The position numbers were made by a program, and so were the translations under genes. DNA of 64,000 nt from Lingula anatina (Eukaryota; Animalia; Brachiopoda), in NCBI GenBank assembly GCA_051362555.1, contig CM120643.1, positions 6,386,001-6,450,000 of the forward strand. The letters are read 5' to 3'. This document shows, piece after piece, positions 53,151 through 64,000 of the stretch. The stretch's first letter is position 1. Each line of letters opens with the position of its first letter. Under the pieces are notes generated by a model that was given only the letters and a program-made list of their open reading frames with translations, had not been told where the DNA came from and searched no databases.

Positions 53151-53394
53151 AGTAAAACACTTTGATAAAGCTCTCACCACCAAGATGTGCGCCTTCTTGT
53201 ATAAGCTATCACATGTTAACGGATCGTGGCATTAAATGTGACCATCAGCATGTGTTTGTTGCCATGCCACCGAGCACATAATTAACTTCATTTAGCTGTA
53301 GTACTGAAAACATCACAGCATATTAGTGTTTTCATTTTAATGAGCAACCTGTACTACATTACCCTGCCCAAGAATGCTTATCTATGTAACTGTC

Positions 53395-54265
53395 CAGGGC
53401 TCAACAATAAGGATTTCCTGATTGCCTGGGGCAAGTAGACATTGATGTCGGGCAAATTCCACTGACCTGAATGCTTGCCTGATTGGGCAAGTGTCAAAAT
53501 AAAGTAAAAGAACAGATATTTAATTTCATAAAATCGTGAAATCTCCATAAATAGCTCAAATGGCTGTACACAGGAATGCTGATCTCCAAATTATAATGGC
53601 TTATTTTAATGAGTTGCTGCAGAGACTTGGGTGTGACCAGAACCAAGTTTTCTGGGAGTGGCCAGCACTTAAAGCTTTGGTAATGAACAGAGAGAATGTG
53701 AGGGTAGACGTAATGCTGCGCACATTCATGGACCATGTTGTTTACAGATGAAGAATTACAGAGAAGATTCAGTAACATCAGTATGGTAGTGGAAATTTTT
53801 TTAGTGACTGCCATGTCTTCAGCAGTCTGTGACATGGATTCAGTGAAGTGAAGTGAAGAGAGTGAAAACAGATTGGCGGGTGAGTTTGGCTATCAGCGTT
53901 ACATAACCTTCAGCCAGGGCGTATGACAGGTGGCCGCATGGAGGTCAGAGACAACATCCCTTCAATGATGATTGTGATGGGTGACTCTTCTAGAAGCTGG
54001 GAAATTGGACAAGAAAGGATGACGATATTTGTACTCATTATTCTCTTTATTCTGTATTGCATATTTGAAGCATTATCTCAGGCAATATCTCAGACATATC
54101 CAAGACTATCATTACATTTCAGATATTTCACAGAATAGAAACCCCAAACACCAGAATAAAATTGAAATGAAGAAAGATATAAACACTGTTCATTTTTTGT
54201 TTGGTAAAATTCAGGCAAGTGAGTTTCCAGTTCAAGCAAGTAGATTTTGCCAGTCACTTGCCCAA
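53395..54265 (+). pseudogene. Second hAT relic with a degenerate transposase C-terminus
   Basis: CAGGGCTC start and repeated gggcaagt subterminal motifs; peptides EWPALKAL, FSNISMVVEIFLVTAMSSAVC and GFS across frameshifts. Confidence 0.65.
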
Positions 54266-54539
54266 AGTTATTGTGTGACCTGATTATGTCTTTTGGCAGT
54301 GAGGACAGACGTTCACTGGAATGTCATTTTCACAAACCACAATTTGATCTTGGGATGTTTTCTTTCGACTTCTGCTTGGTGATTTATCACTGGGGTGTGC
54401 AAAAAAAAGCCATCTATCAACGACTCAAAAAAACTCATGGTGACCATCCTCAGTCACCACCTTATCATCGCTTTCTATGATATCATTTCCTTCCAGCACA
54501 TCGTCCAAATAATCACCGGTGAAAAAAATTGTCAGCATA

Positions 54540-55131
54540 CAGCGCTGATCTCAAATTCTAACACAAAATAATGCATATGAAATTAATCTCCAAGCTGAGG
54601 AGAGCGACACAGACGAAACCTTGAGACAGGAGCTAGCAACGCCTACCGTAACAGACATCGGACAAAAAGGAGGCTTATGTGTAATCTCCTTCTGTTGTAA
54701 CTCCTTGAGAATATGTAATCTACAAAGGTCATGAGTTCAAGAACTCTAAAAAACATCGACTTCAGTTTCAAGAGGCATCAGAAGCAGTAGTACGTGTCAC
54801 CCGTTTGGAAATTGCTTTTCCTGACCATTCCATTATGGGAGCTTTTTTGCCACTGAGTCCAAATGAAAATAGGCTACTTTCAAGGGAGGAATCCACAGTA
54901 AAACTAAATGTTATATACATTACTTACATATTTACCTGTAGTTTGTTTATAATTTATTTTTGCATTTTAATGCTGTCCAATGTCTTCCTTCATGTATGTT
55001 AGCACATAAACTGATGAGTGGTGGTACTTTTCGACTTTCAAATTTTGCTAATTGAAATAAGAAAATGCTAATAGAAATTCTTACCCTTTAGCAACTTTTT
55101 CTAATCAAAAATAATGACCAGAGTGAGCACA
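54540..55131 (+). mobile_element. Internally deleted derivative of the 47.5-48.6 kb hAT element
   Basis: An identical ~53 bp tract (ctgagtccaaatgaaaatagg...cagtaaaact) at ~47508 and ~54853, a shared right end, and termini cagcgctgatctc/gagtgagcacag. Confidence 0.7.
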
Positions 55132-55363
55132 GTGGTGGATACATTAATATAACATCATTCTAAACCTGTTTCCTGCATGTAAATTATTGATACTTATATA
55201 GTCATCATTTTTCAAAATTCTGAAACAATCTTGTGAAAAGGATAATTTTCCACTGTAGTAACATAGCTGGTTAAAATGAATGTGCAAAGGTGACCTCATT
55301 ACACGGTTCTTTTTCAGTAAAAGTAACCTTTTCCGTAACATATGTAGATGCATTTTCTTTCAG

Positions 55364-58050
55364 AAACCTCTTTAGATGTGTTTACGGAGTTAAGGGCAGA
55401 GAGAGAGCAAAGCAGGCAGACTTTCTTTAGATCTGAAAGATGTCCTATCTTGCCAGCAGCTGAAGCAGGTCCCAGCTGCAGACCATCTTTTGCAACAAAA
55501 TCTGTAACTGTAAGTCATGTTAACAGCACTGCCCTGAGTCGTTCAGTTTTTAACTTAGATTGCATGTATATAAATACTGTTCATGTTAATGAAATTTAAA
55601 TATTGCAGAGGAGGAGAATATATTTTGACCAATTAATGTGATTCATTAAAATATGCTAGCATAGTAATGTGTATTGATAGTCATTAATTAACATCATAAT
55701 TTCTTGGGATCATGAAAGTATATACAAGAACTTAATACAGACAATTTGGCGAGGAAGAATTTTATGTTGTAAATGCCAAAAACCCTTCAGATTTGGCAGG
55801 AATGTGGTGTACTATCCCTTAATTTCTATTTATATATAAAAAGCTGCAACAATTTCTGTTGTGAGACGTGTGTGTACCATTTTTTTCCTAATCACATATT
55901 GCACTTAATTTTTTTAGTTGGCTGTAGGGATTGGAGAGAACACTGGTGTTTTTTTTGTGCCAATCTCTGCCAGAAACAAAAGAAAAATTGGTGGAACAGT
56001 TAATATAACTGTTGAACCAGCAACCGCAAATGCTGCAGATTTGACAAGAATGCCAAGTGGACACTTGCCTATCCAGATGGAAGTCAAGTTGTCAAACTAG
56101 CAGATAAATCTTCACCTTTTAATTTAAAAGCAAATAAAGAATACCTCAGTGCAGAATATCGACGCATTAAGCTACTGTGAAGGAGGGTGAGTATTACTAT
56201 TACTTGTTCTCATCTTAAAGATCAGTCCTTGTAAGTGCCAAACCAAATATTAATTAAAACTATATAATTCAGCATTATTAGTCTTTTGGATGACATTAAT
56301 TGATTTGGTGTGTTAACTATTGCTGGCAAATATTTTGGTTAAGTTTATACATGTTAAGTTTATACAAGTCTTTATATGTGCCAACATGAATGTTTGTTTC
56401 ACATCATATTTGCTGAGATGCTTTAAGGTTAATTTGACAGGTGTCCTTCAATTATAACCATACACATATATATGTTTATATACAGTACTGTACATATATA
56501 TGTTTATATACAGAGTGTTTGATGTAAAAAAAAATTGAAAATTTGGAAGTGAATATAAATATAAACCTTGTAAAAACCATCATTGATACATATGATGATT
56601 GAAATGTTTAGAGAAGATTTGGATTTTAAAAAACTTTTTGAAAAGATTGCATTAAAGATATGTGCTTATTTTTTTAATTTAAAGAAAAGCAGAGAGGTAC
56701 CGGTTCGGCCAACTGGGCAAGAACTGGCATGTGACTGTGGTGATCTTCTGAAACAATTCTAAGGGGTATGTGTTATTATACAGGTAAGTTATAATTTCAT
56801 TGCTAACTGTAATTATATTGCTAATATGAAACCTGCTCTTTCTTTGTGTTATAATAACAGAAAATATTTTTTTACACATATCAAACCTTATAATTTTATT
56901 TTATTTCACCATAGAACATTTACTCACATTTTTGAACATGTGAAACAGGAGTAGTTTGCAGTTGCCTCTAAAGGGGTTCCTCAGATTAAGCAAGCCAGCA
57001 TCAGGTACCTGTCCATTTTATTTACAAATACATGAATGAAAACAGCTAGTATGTTTTTTATTCTGTTGTGTGGGAATAAGGATCAATGCATTTTCACTCA
57101 ACTCAAAGTAGATGTTTACAAAAGATGATTACTTTGATACATGTATTAATTATTCAATTAATTTCTGTATTGGTACATGCATTATCACTGCCTTCCAGAT
57201 ATGATATGTGGGAGTTGACTTCTGTCAAAATCATATACATGACCTGTTATTTGTATACTTACTATAATACTAATGTTATAACTTATAGAGTTTGATGTCT
57301 GCAGTGAGTAGAGAGGACATAGAGGAAATCATTGTGGAGATATGGAATCGGTCCTCTGCAACTTGGACAGAAAAACTGTAGAACACTCCCTGTAGGAGAA
57401 GAGTGGAGATGTCCCCCCCCCCTCCCCCCAAGATCTCCAGCCATCTATAAGTATTCAGCCTAACTGCAGGAGTGTAGACCCAGTAAGCATATAAATGATA
57501 GCAATATCATTGCCAGGGTTTTTTATATAGGGTGAAAAATTATTTTTCTTTACAATGCCTGTAGTAAACTGTTTCACTTATTCTGCATCATGCAAAACAG
57601 AATGCAATTACTTAAGTGTATTTAATCCATAAAATTGAAACCAATTAACCTCTTACATGTTATTTCCAGATAATGACATACAACATCCAGAATACCTTCA
57701 GTTTGGCTGTGAACAGAGTACTCAGGGGAGATTATGAAGGTGGGGACAATGACAGACAAGAGGGTGAAGAGGACAATGACAGACAAGAGGGTGAAGAGGA
57801 CAATGACAGACAAGAGGGTGAAGAGGACAATGCCAGTATGTGACATGCTGCCTATAGAACATACATATGTTGGCAGTATCAAAAGCTCACTGTCCAATTT
57901 CCATCATTACCCTATCGTTCAACGCAACCACCCTTATACACACCCTATACCAGACCACAAGCTGTCCCCAGAACACTACACCTGCCATCTATGGAAGAGT
58001 TACTAGAATTCAAAGTATGATCCTCTAACCCCGGAAACTTCTGGGTAAGT
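55364..58050 (+). pseudogene. Decayed multi-exon gene resembling invertebrate/fish G2E3-like HECT E3 ligases
   Basis: Exons 55364-55509 and 55918-56186 splice in frame (F.ELRAEREQSRQTFF...SVT|LAVGIG..KRKIGGTVNITV); after a frameshift comes LAYPDGSQVVKLADKSSPFNLKANKEYLSAEYRRIKL. A weaker HECT-end-like ITLSF...TTSCPRTLHLP lies at ~57900-57990. Contains stops and frameshifts. Confidence 0.5.
57745..57831 (+). repeat. 27-bp tandem repeat x3 (reads DNDRQEGEE)
   Basis: gacaatgacagacaagagggtgaagag repeated. Confidence 0.95.
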
Positions 58051-58084
58051 TAATGGGAAAGATTTTCTCCAAAAATGAGAGGTC

Positions 58085-58940
58085 CCAGGATAGAAGCAAG
58101 AACAACAAGGCAGCAAAGCTGTCAAATGTACAGACAAAAAACAGAAAATAAAGATGCAAAAAAAGGTCATTTTGTCAATTTTGATGCAATAATAAATAAT
58201 GCTTAAAATAGCACTGTCAGTCAACACTGAATTTTAATCATGCACAACAGGTAACATGGTCAATAACAGGAGCGGACCCTGAGATATTTTCTGACAGTAT
58301 TCCAAAGTATCTATGTTGATCCCTCCTCCATTTTGATGGTCTTCCAACAGAAAAAAATAGATACCAATCAATATAAACTTAATAACCTGTCTTCAAGAAG
58401 ACCCAGAAAATGGTCTCAATCCACCCCTTCAATAAGATTACAGATTCAGGACCATGAGAGACTATAGTCACATGATGAAAGTCTCAATATTTGAAAAATG
58501 ATGACAGTGCATAAAATAATTTTATATAATGTTTAAAGACATAAAAAACAATACAATTGCTTATGTGGAAATACAGAAAATGTGCAGAGCCTCGAGCGGA
58601 TGAGAGTTAAAAGTCACAAATGCAAGTGTTTGAGGAAAATTGTAAAGGAAAACATAACAAAACTAGAAAACCACCGAGAGTGCAGACCTCTGCCAAGGCA
58701 GCAATTGTTGATTATTGTTGATTATTGATTGATTGATTATTGAGCCAGACCACCACTAAAAACTAATCATTGTCCTCTTTGGCCCAATTCTGACAGTTCC
58801 TGAAAATTTCAGCAAAATCAGTCCATAACTTTTTGAGTTATGTTGATGACAGACAAACAGGGGTGAAAATATAACCTCCTAGGCAGAGCCTGAGGTAAAT
58901 ATAATTTCAATGAAGCTGCTATTCAAACTTTTAATCTTTG

Positions 58941-58987
<47 letters not shown>

Positions 58988-61735
58988 ACCTGCATAATTA
59001 TCACTGCTTCCTTATTATTAATCTAGCAGAGAGCTTAACTTTTGGGAGTTTACAAGGAAATATCAACAAGTGTGCTTTATGTAATCTCCTTTAATGGCCT
59101 ATCAATTAGGCAAATGACTTTATAACTCAGAAATTAGCTAAGTGATACCCAAGGGATATTAACAGACTGACCCTCTCAAAGGTCTTTCAGGCCCATAAGT
59201 CACATCTTAAGAAAAGCACAAAACAATAATGCACAAAATAGGAGACTACCAATTCTGATGCAATAATACATTATGTTAATTTACTGCACAGTCAACATCA
59301 AATTTTAATTATGCACAACAGGTAACAACGACGAAAGTAAAAGCATAAGGCTTCAGGCCCATCAGAGTTCAAGTTTATACTTAGAAAGTGCCAGAATGAG
59401 AAAAATGAAAATTTCACACAAAATTGCATAAATTCAATAATAAATGATAACCCAATTGACCTGGCTTTCTAATTTGAACTGCATGCCAATCCTAAAAATC
59501 ATACTTGTAAGTTAAAAATAATAATAAGTAACACAGTTTTCTTTTCATAATGTTTGCAGTAGCAATGCAAAAATATTGTTGTCAATTTTGATGTAACATT
59601 ACATAATAAATTATAGAATAATTATCACCAATCTTTGATTATTGACAATAAATAGCATGGACATGTAGAAAATTTGATTACCATTCGGCTTCATGTCCAT
59701 GGGAGCTCAGACTCCCACAATGAATATGCCAAAAAGATAATGAATATTTCACTCAAATGTATAACTTCCAGAAAAAGAAGCCAATTAGACTGCTTTTCCA
59801 ACTCATTCTGCATTTTAGTCCTGTGTTTCTTTTTTAAAGGTTTGACAGTCATAACACGGTTTTCCCATAATGCTCATCATAGCAGCAGCACCAAAAATTG
59901 TGTTTTCTTCTATTTTGATGCAATATTACATAATGCTTAACAGCATAATGACCATCAATTTTTAATAATAGAATATTAGTAACATGGACATTCAGAAAAC
60001 GTGACAAGCAAAGGTCTTCAGGATCATGGAACTTCAAAGTCACACCTTGAAAATGCCAATAAGTGAAAAATTAAATTTTCACAAAAAACTGTTTAACTGC
60101 CAGAAAAAATTACCAAACAGACTGCATTGCCAACTGAAGCTGTATTTTAGACCCATGTTTCTTTCCTGTAAGTTTGAGAACGGTAATTGACATGATTTTT
60201 GTTAAATGGTCATTATGAGAGCAGTGCCCAAAATAGGGGTTTCTTCAAATTTTGATGCAATATTACATAATGTTTAACAGCATAATGACCATCAATTTTT
60301 AATAATGGAATATTAGTCACATGAACATTCAGAAAACATGACTAGCAAAGGTCTGCAGGCTCATGGAACTTCAAAGTCACACCTTGAAAATGCCAATATG
60401 TGAAAAATTAAATTTTCACAAAAAACTGTTTAACTGCCAGAAAAAATTACCAAACAGACTGCATTGCCTACTGAAGCTGTATTTTAGCCCCATGTTTCTT
60501 TCCTGTAAGTTTGAAAACAGTAAGTGACATGGCTTTTCTTAAATGGTCATCATGGGAGCAGTGCCCAAAATAGGGGTTTCTTCAAATTTTGATGCAATAT
60601 TACATAATGTTTAACAGCATAATGACCATCAATTTTTAATTATAAAATATTAGTATCATGGATATTCAGAAAATGTCATTAGCAAAGGTCTGCAGGCTCA
60701 TGAAACTTCAAAGTCACATCCTAAAAATGCCAAAATGTAAACAAGACAGCACTGTTCTGAAATGGGTTTATTTCCATTTTTAACATTTTTTAAACATAAA
60801 ACAAAATAAACAGTTTGTTGCCATTTTTATATGACCAACTAAGAAAATTGATGAGATGGGAAAAATATCAATAGAACAGTGTTTTATGTCCAATTTCCTC
60901 CATTCTGAGATTCTGAACATAGTGGATGATTGAATCTGACAAACTGCAATGATTAGTTTATTACCATTTTTGACACTTTATTACACAACACACGATAACA
61001 AGTTTAGTTTCATTTTTACACAATCAATTAACAATGTTGTAAAGATGCAGGAAATATCAAACAAACACTTTTACGTATCTTATTAGTTAAATAATGAGAC
61101 TGTTAACATGCCTAATAATTGAATCTGAGGAAATGTGAAAAAACAGCATAACTTCTAAAATAAAGGCCTGATCATGATGATATTCGAACTTGACCTGCGT
61201 ATTATGAATATCCATCAGTTCTGTTAGTTTCATATTGTATGGATAGAAACTTATGAAAATAAATAAATAAATAAATAAATAAAAATAGTACCAAAAGGTA
61301 AAATTTTTTTTCACTTATCATGTTATCGGTGTTGCATAAATGCTGAGAAAAGTGAAAAAACAGCGTAACTTCCCTAAAAATGACCCGATCATGCTGACTT
61401 TCGAACTTGACCTGCGGATTATGAATATTCATCAGTTTTGTAAGTTTCAAGCCAAAAAGTAAAATGGTTTTCCACTTATCGTGTTATCGGTGCTGCATAT
61501 ATGCTGAAAAAAGTGAAAAAACAGCATAACATCCCTAAAAATGGCCCAATCATGCTGATTTTCGAACTTGACCTGCGAATTAGGAATATTCACCAGTTCT
61601 GTAAGTTTCAAGCCAAAAGCAAAAACAGTGTTCCACTTATCGTGTTATCGGTAAAAGTGCACGACGGCGCCGACGGCGACGACAGACGCAGATGATGGCT
61701 ATATGTACAGACACATCTGTGTCTGTACATAATAA
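58085..61735 (+). repeat. Segmental duplication copy 2, with internal ~340 bp tandem units and a HINE-like end
   Basis: Colinear with 22340-25495; ends in tgtacagacacatctgtgtctgtaca. Confidence 0.8.
58267..58428 (+). mobile_element. hAT-like MITE present only in duplication copy 2
   Basis: tcaataa duplicated on both sides; the empty site ggtcaataagattacag is at ~22517. Confidence 0.7.
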
Positions 61736-62631
61736 AAAGGCAATGTGCCCAAATCGTAAACGTAACTAAGATGTACCCCCAACATGCAAAACAAACTGGA
61801 TTTTGGGCGAAGTGTATGACAGCGATGAACTCTGCCAACCGCTCTTTGCAGTTCTATGAAGCCTAAAGGTAATTTATTAGTGAATATCACAAAGCTGTTC
61901 TATGTATTATCGTTCTTTATTTAGATACAACAGAAACTGAAATGTTTTAACAAAATATTAATCAGATTTTGTTAACTATTAGAACTAGTTGAAAAAATCT
62001 CAGCAATAAAAATGAGATTCAATTATGTTCAATAGATTCAAACCTACCTTGTAATCTGTTTTCCTTTTATTTACACATTAACTGCTTGTTTAGATTCCAT
62101 TACAAAACAGATGAGGAAATTTGAGTGTATATAGAGTGCAGTTGAACAGGAGGAGGAGGAGGCAGAAGATGAGGTCACTGAATCTGCATCAAAGAAATGA
62201 GAGAGAGGACAAGGCAAAGTAGCAAGAGAGACAGAAAGTTGTTGCAGTTGTAAAATAATCTTAGGATTTTAGCACGTCTTTGTATTAGGATCTTAGTCAT
62301 CGACCAAAACAACAGTGTGAAGCTACAAAATGAAAAGTCAGTTTTGTAAAAGAGAATGGCATATGACCAGGTACAATAAAACTGAAAATATGTTGTGAAT
62401 ATTTACTGAATGATTCTATAATTTTATAATTGAGCAAAACTTTTCCCCCTTTATTAAATTTGACATTAAAAAAAAAAAAAAAAAAAAAAAAAACTAGTAG
62501 ACCAATTATCAAGTTCAGAAACATATAATTGTCTTTTCCAGCTATTCAGCATGAAAATGAAATGAAAAAGTGCAATGGCACAGTTGAAATTTTAATTTTA
62601 ATTAAAATTCTTTTCTTAGTATTTTTGCAAA

Positions 62632-63156
62632 GCTAAAGCCTCAATTGGAGTCACATCTCCACAAGAAGCAAAACATTGATGTAGCAGATGACACCGCGAC
62701 TCCCAATGACCCTACACATTCCCATGATACTGTGGAACTATCCCCTCTGCTGCTTGAAGACCAACCACTCCCCCAACATTTTGAAGAAGGGCCTGAATTG
62801 GAAACACATTCCCTACCAAAACTGACACAAAGTTAGGCTTCGTTCACATGCAATGTCTATTTTCTATTTTCTATTTTCGGTATGTCTTATGATCACGGTC
62901 TGTGCACTGAATATCCCGCCGCGTAATTACTGGCAGCGCGAGCCAGTTACTTATAGTATTTTATAGTAACTGGCTCGCGCTGCCAGTAATTTCGCCGCGG
63001 GATATTCAGTGCACAGACCGTGATCATAAGACATACCGAAAATAGAAAATAGAAAATAGACATTGCATGTGAACGAAGCCTTAGTCATAGGAGACAACAC
63101 TTTGGAGATGGCCGACTTATAAACATTGGACAGAAAAGAATGGTTAAATGACAACG
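62632..63156 (+). pseudogene. Ulp1/SENP (peptidase C48)-like exon relic interrupted by a MITE
   Basis: Removing 62836-63080 plus one TTA gives TDTKLVIGDNTLEMADL*TLDRKEWLNDN, the DL.TL....WLND start motif of C48 proteases. Confidence 0.55.
62836..63080. mobile_element. Near-perfect 245-bp palindromic Harbinger-type MITE
   Basis: TTA-ggcttcgttcacatgc...gcatgtgaacgaagcc-TTA, with ~115 bp arms and a short AT loop. Confidence 0.92.
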
Positions 63157-63759
63157 CAAGGTATTTGATCTTCAGCAAAACGCTTTCATTCACATGCTTT
63201 ATATTTGTCAAAAATGCATGAGAATCAGTCATCATATTTTTGTGTTATTATAATGGTTAAAAATTATAATTGTTGTAACGGGGTAAATATAGTGCCAGTG
63301 TGCATAAACCGGGGTAGTGTCGGCAAAAAAGGAACATGGCGGCGTAGCAGACGATATGTGTACCTAATACTGGATTTCGGAGAATATAGAGGGTATTTTT
63401 GAAGCACATTGTTATTGTGATGGACGATAAATTGTTAACCCCAAGTGTGAAATTGTTTACTGTTACTAAAACATTTAGTTTCCTCTCCTAACTGTTTTTA
63501 TAACAAAACCAAATCAATTGTTAAACTAAAGTTTTAATTTTAACTAAGTTTGTCACTGATGCTATTTTATCAGCATCATGTCACATTGAGATATTTGTCC
63601 TTAGCATAAATATGTATAGGATTATCACTGGATTTTCAAGAGGTACCACAAATAACTATTTTGCAATAACATATTCCGAAACCATTGCATAGTATTACAG
63701 GCTAATGTTTTATTTATTGATAGTTTCTATTGTTGAACTCTCTTCTTACCTTTTCACAG

Positions 63760-63971
63760 GTAGAAAGTACCAAGGATTTAATGAAAAAAGGAAAGCCAGC
63801 AAAACTGACAGGTATTTTGGTTCAAGATACCACAGACACCATACCTGTCAATCTCTGGCGTGATGCCTCCAGTTTGGCTGTAAAAGTTGTGTAGAATTTA
63901 AAGGTAGCATCAGTTATAATTCATATGAAAAAAGACTGATCTGTCACATCAATGACAGCACAGATGTGGAG
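63760..63971 (+). pseudogene. OB-fold (RPA/SSB-like) exon relic
   Basis: ttttcacag acceptor and GAG|gtaact donor; ILVQDTTDTIPVNLWRDA, then a frameshift to VEFKGSISYNSYEKRLICHINDSTDVE. Confidence 0.55.
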
Positions 63972-64000
63972 GTAACTGACTGTTAATTTTTGTGTTAATT

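Noticed and set aside
57734-57897. 27-bp repeats as a CRISPR array or a TM-repeat protein
   Set aside because: The repeats are head-to-tail with no spacers, in eukaryotic context with no cas genes.

Overview
This window is AT-rich, intron-containing eukaryotic genomic DNA from a repeat-dense invertebrate; the Helentron/HINE-style repeats suggest a mollusc or other lophotrochozoan (inference). Three host genes are supportable. (1) At 0.1-2.4 kb lies the 3' part of an unidentified + strand gene built from tandem-duplicated, frame-symmetric micro-exons, which the ORF track misses. (2) At 9278-10372 is a class A GPCR with a single coding exon. (3) On the - strand is a FASTK-family (FASTKD5-like) mitochondrial protein gene; its RAP domain is completed by a second exon at 28219-28360. 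The rest is a transposon graveyard: an L2/CR1-group RT, RTEX-like and Rex/Babar-like LINE fragments, two hAT transposase relics and an Academ-type XPG nuclease relic. There are many MITEs with readable TSDs (Harbinger TTA/TAA, Tc1/mariner TA, Kolobok TTAA, hAT 8 bp, and a P-like 7 bp), several of them nested, plus a ~3 kb direct segmental duplication. At 55-64 kb is a co-oriented run of decayed spliced exons resembling G2E3-like HECT ligase, BEN, Ulp1 protease and OB-fold domains. All family calls come from motif recognition by eye, not database searches. No prokaryotic systems or CRISPR arrays are seen.
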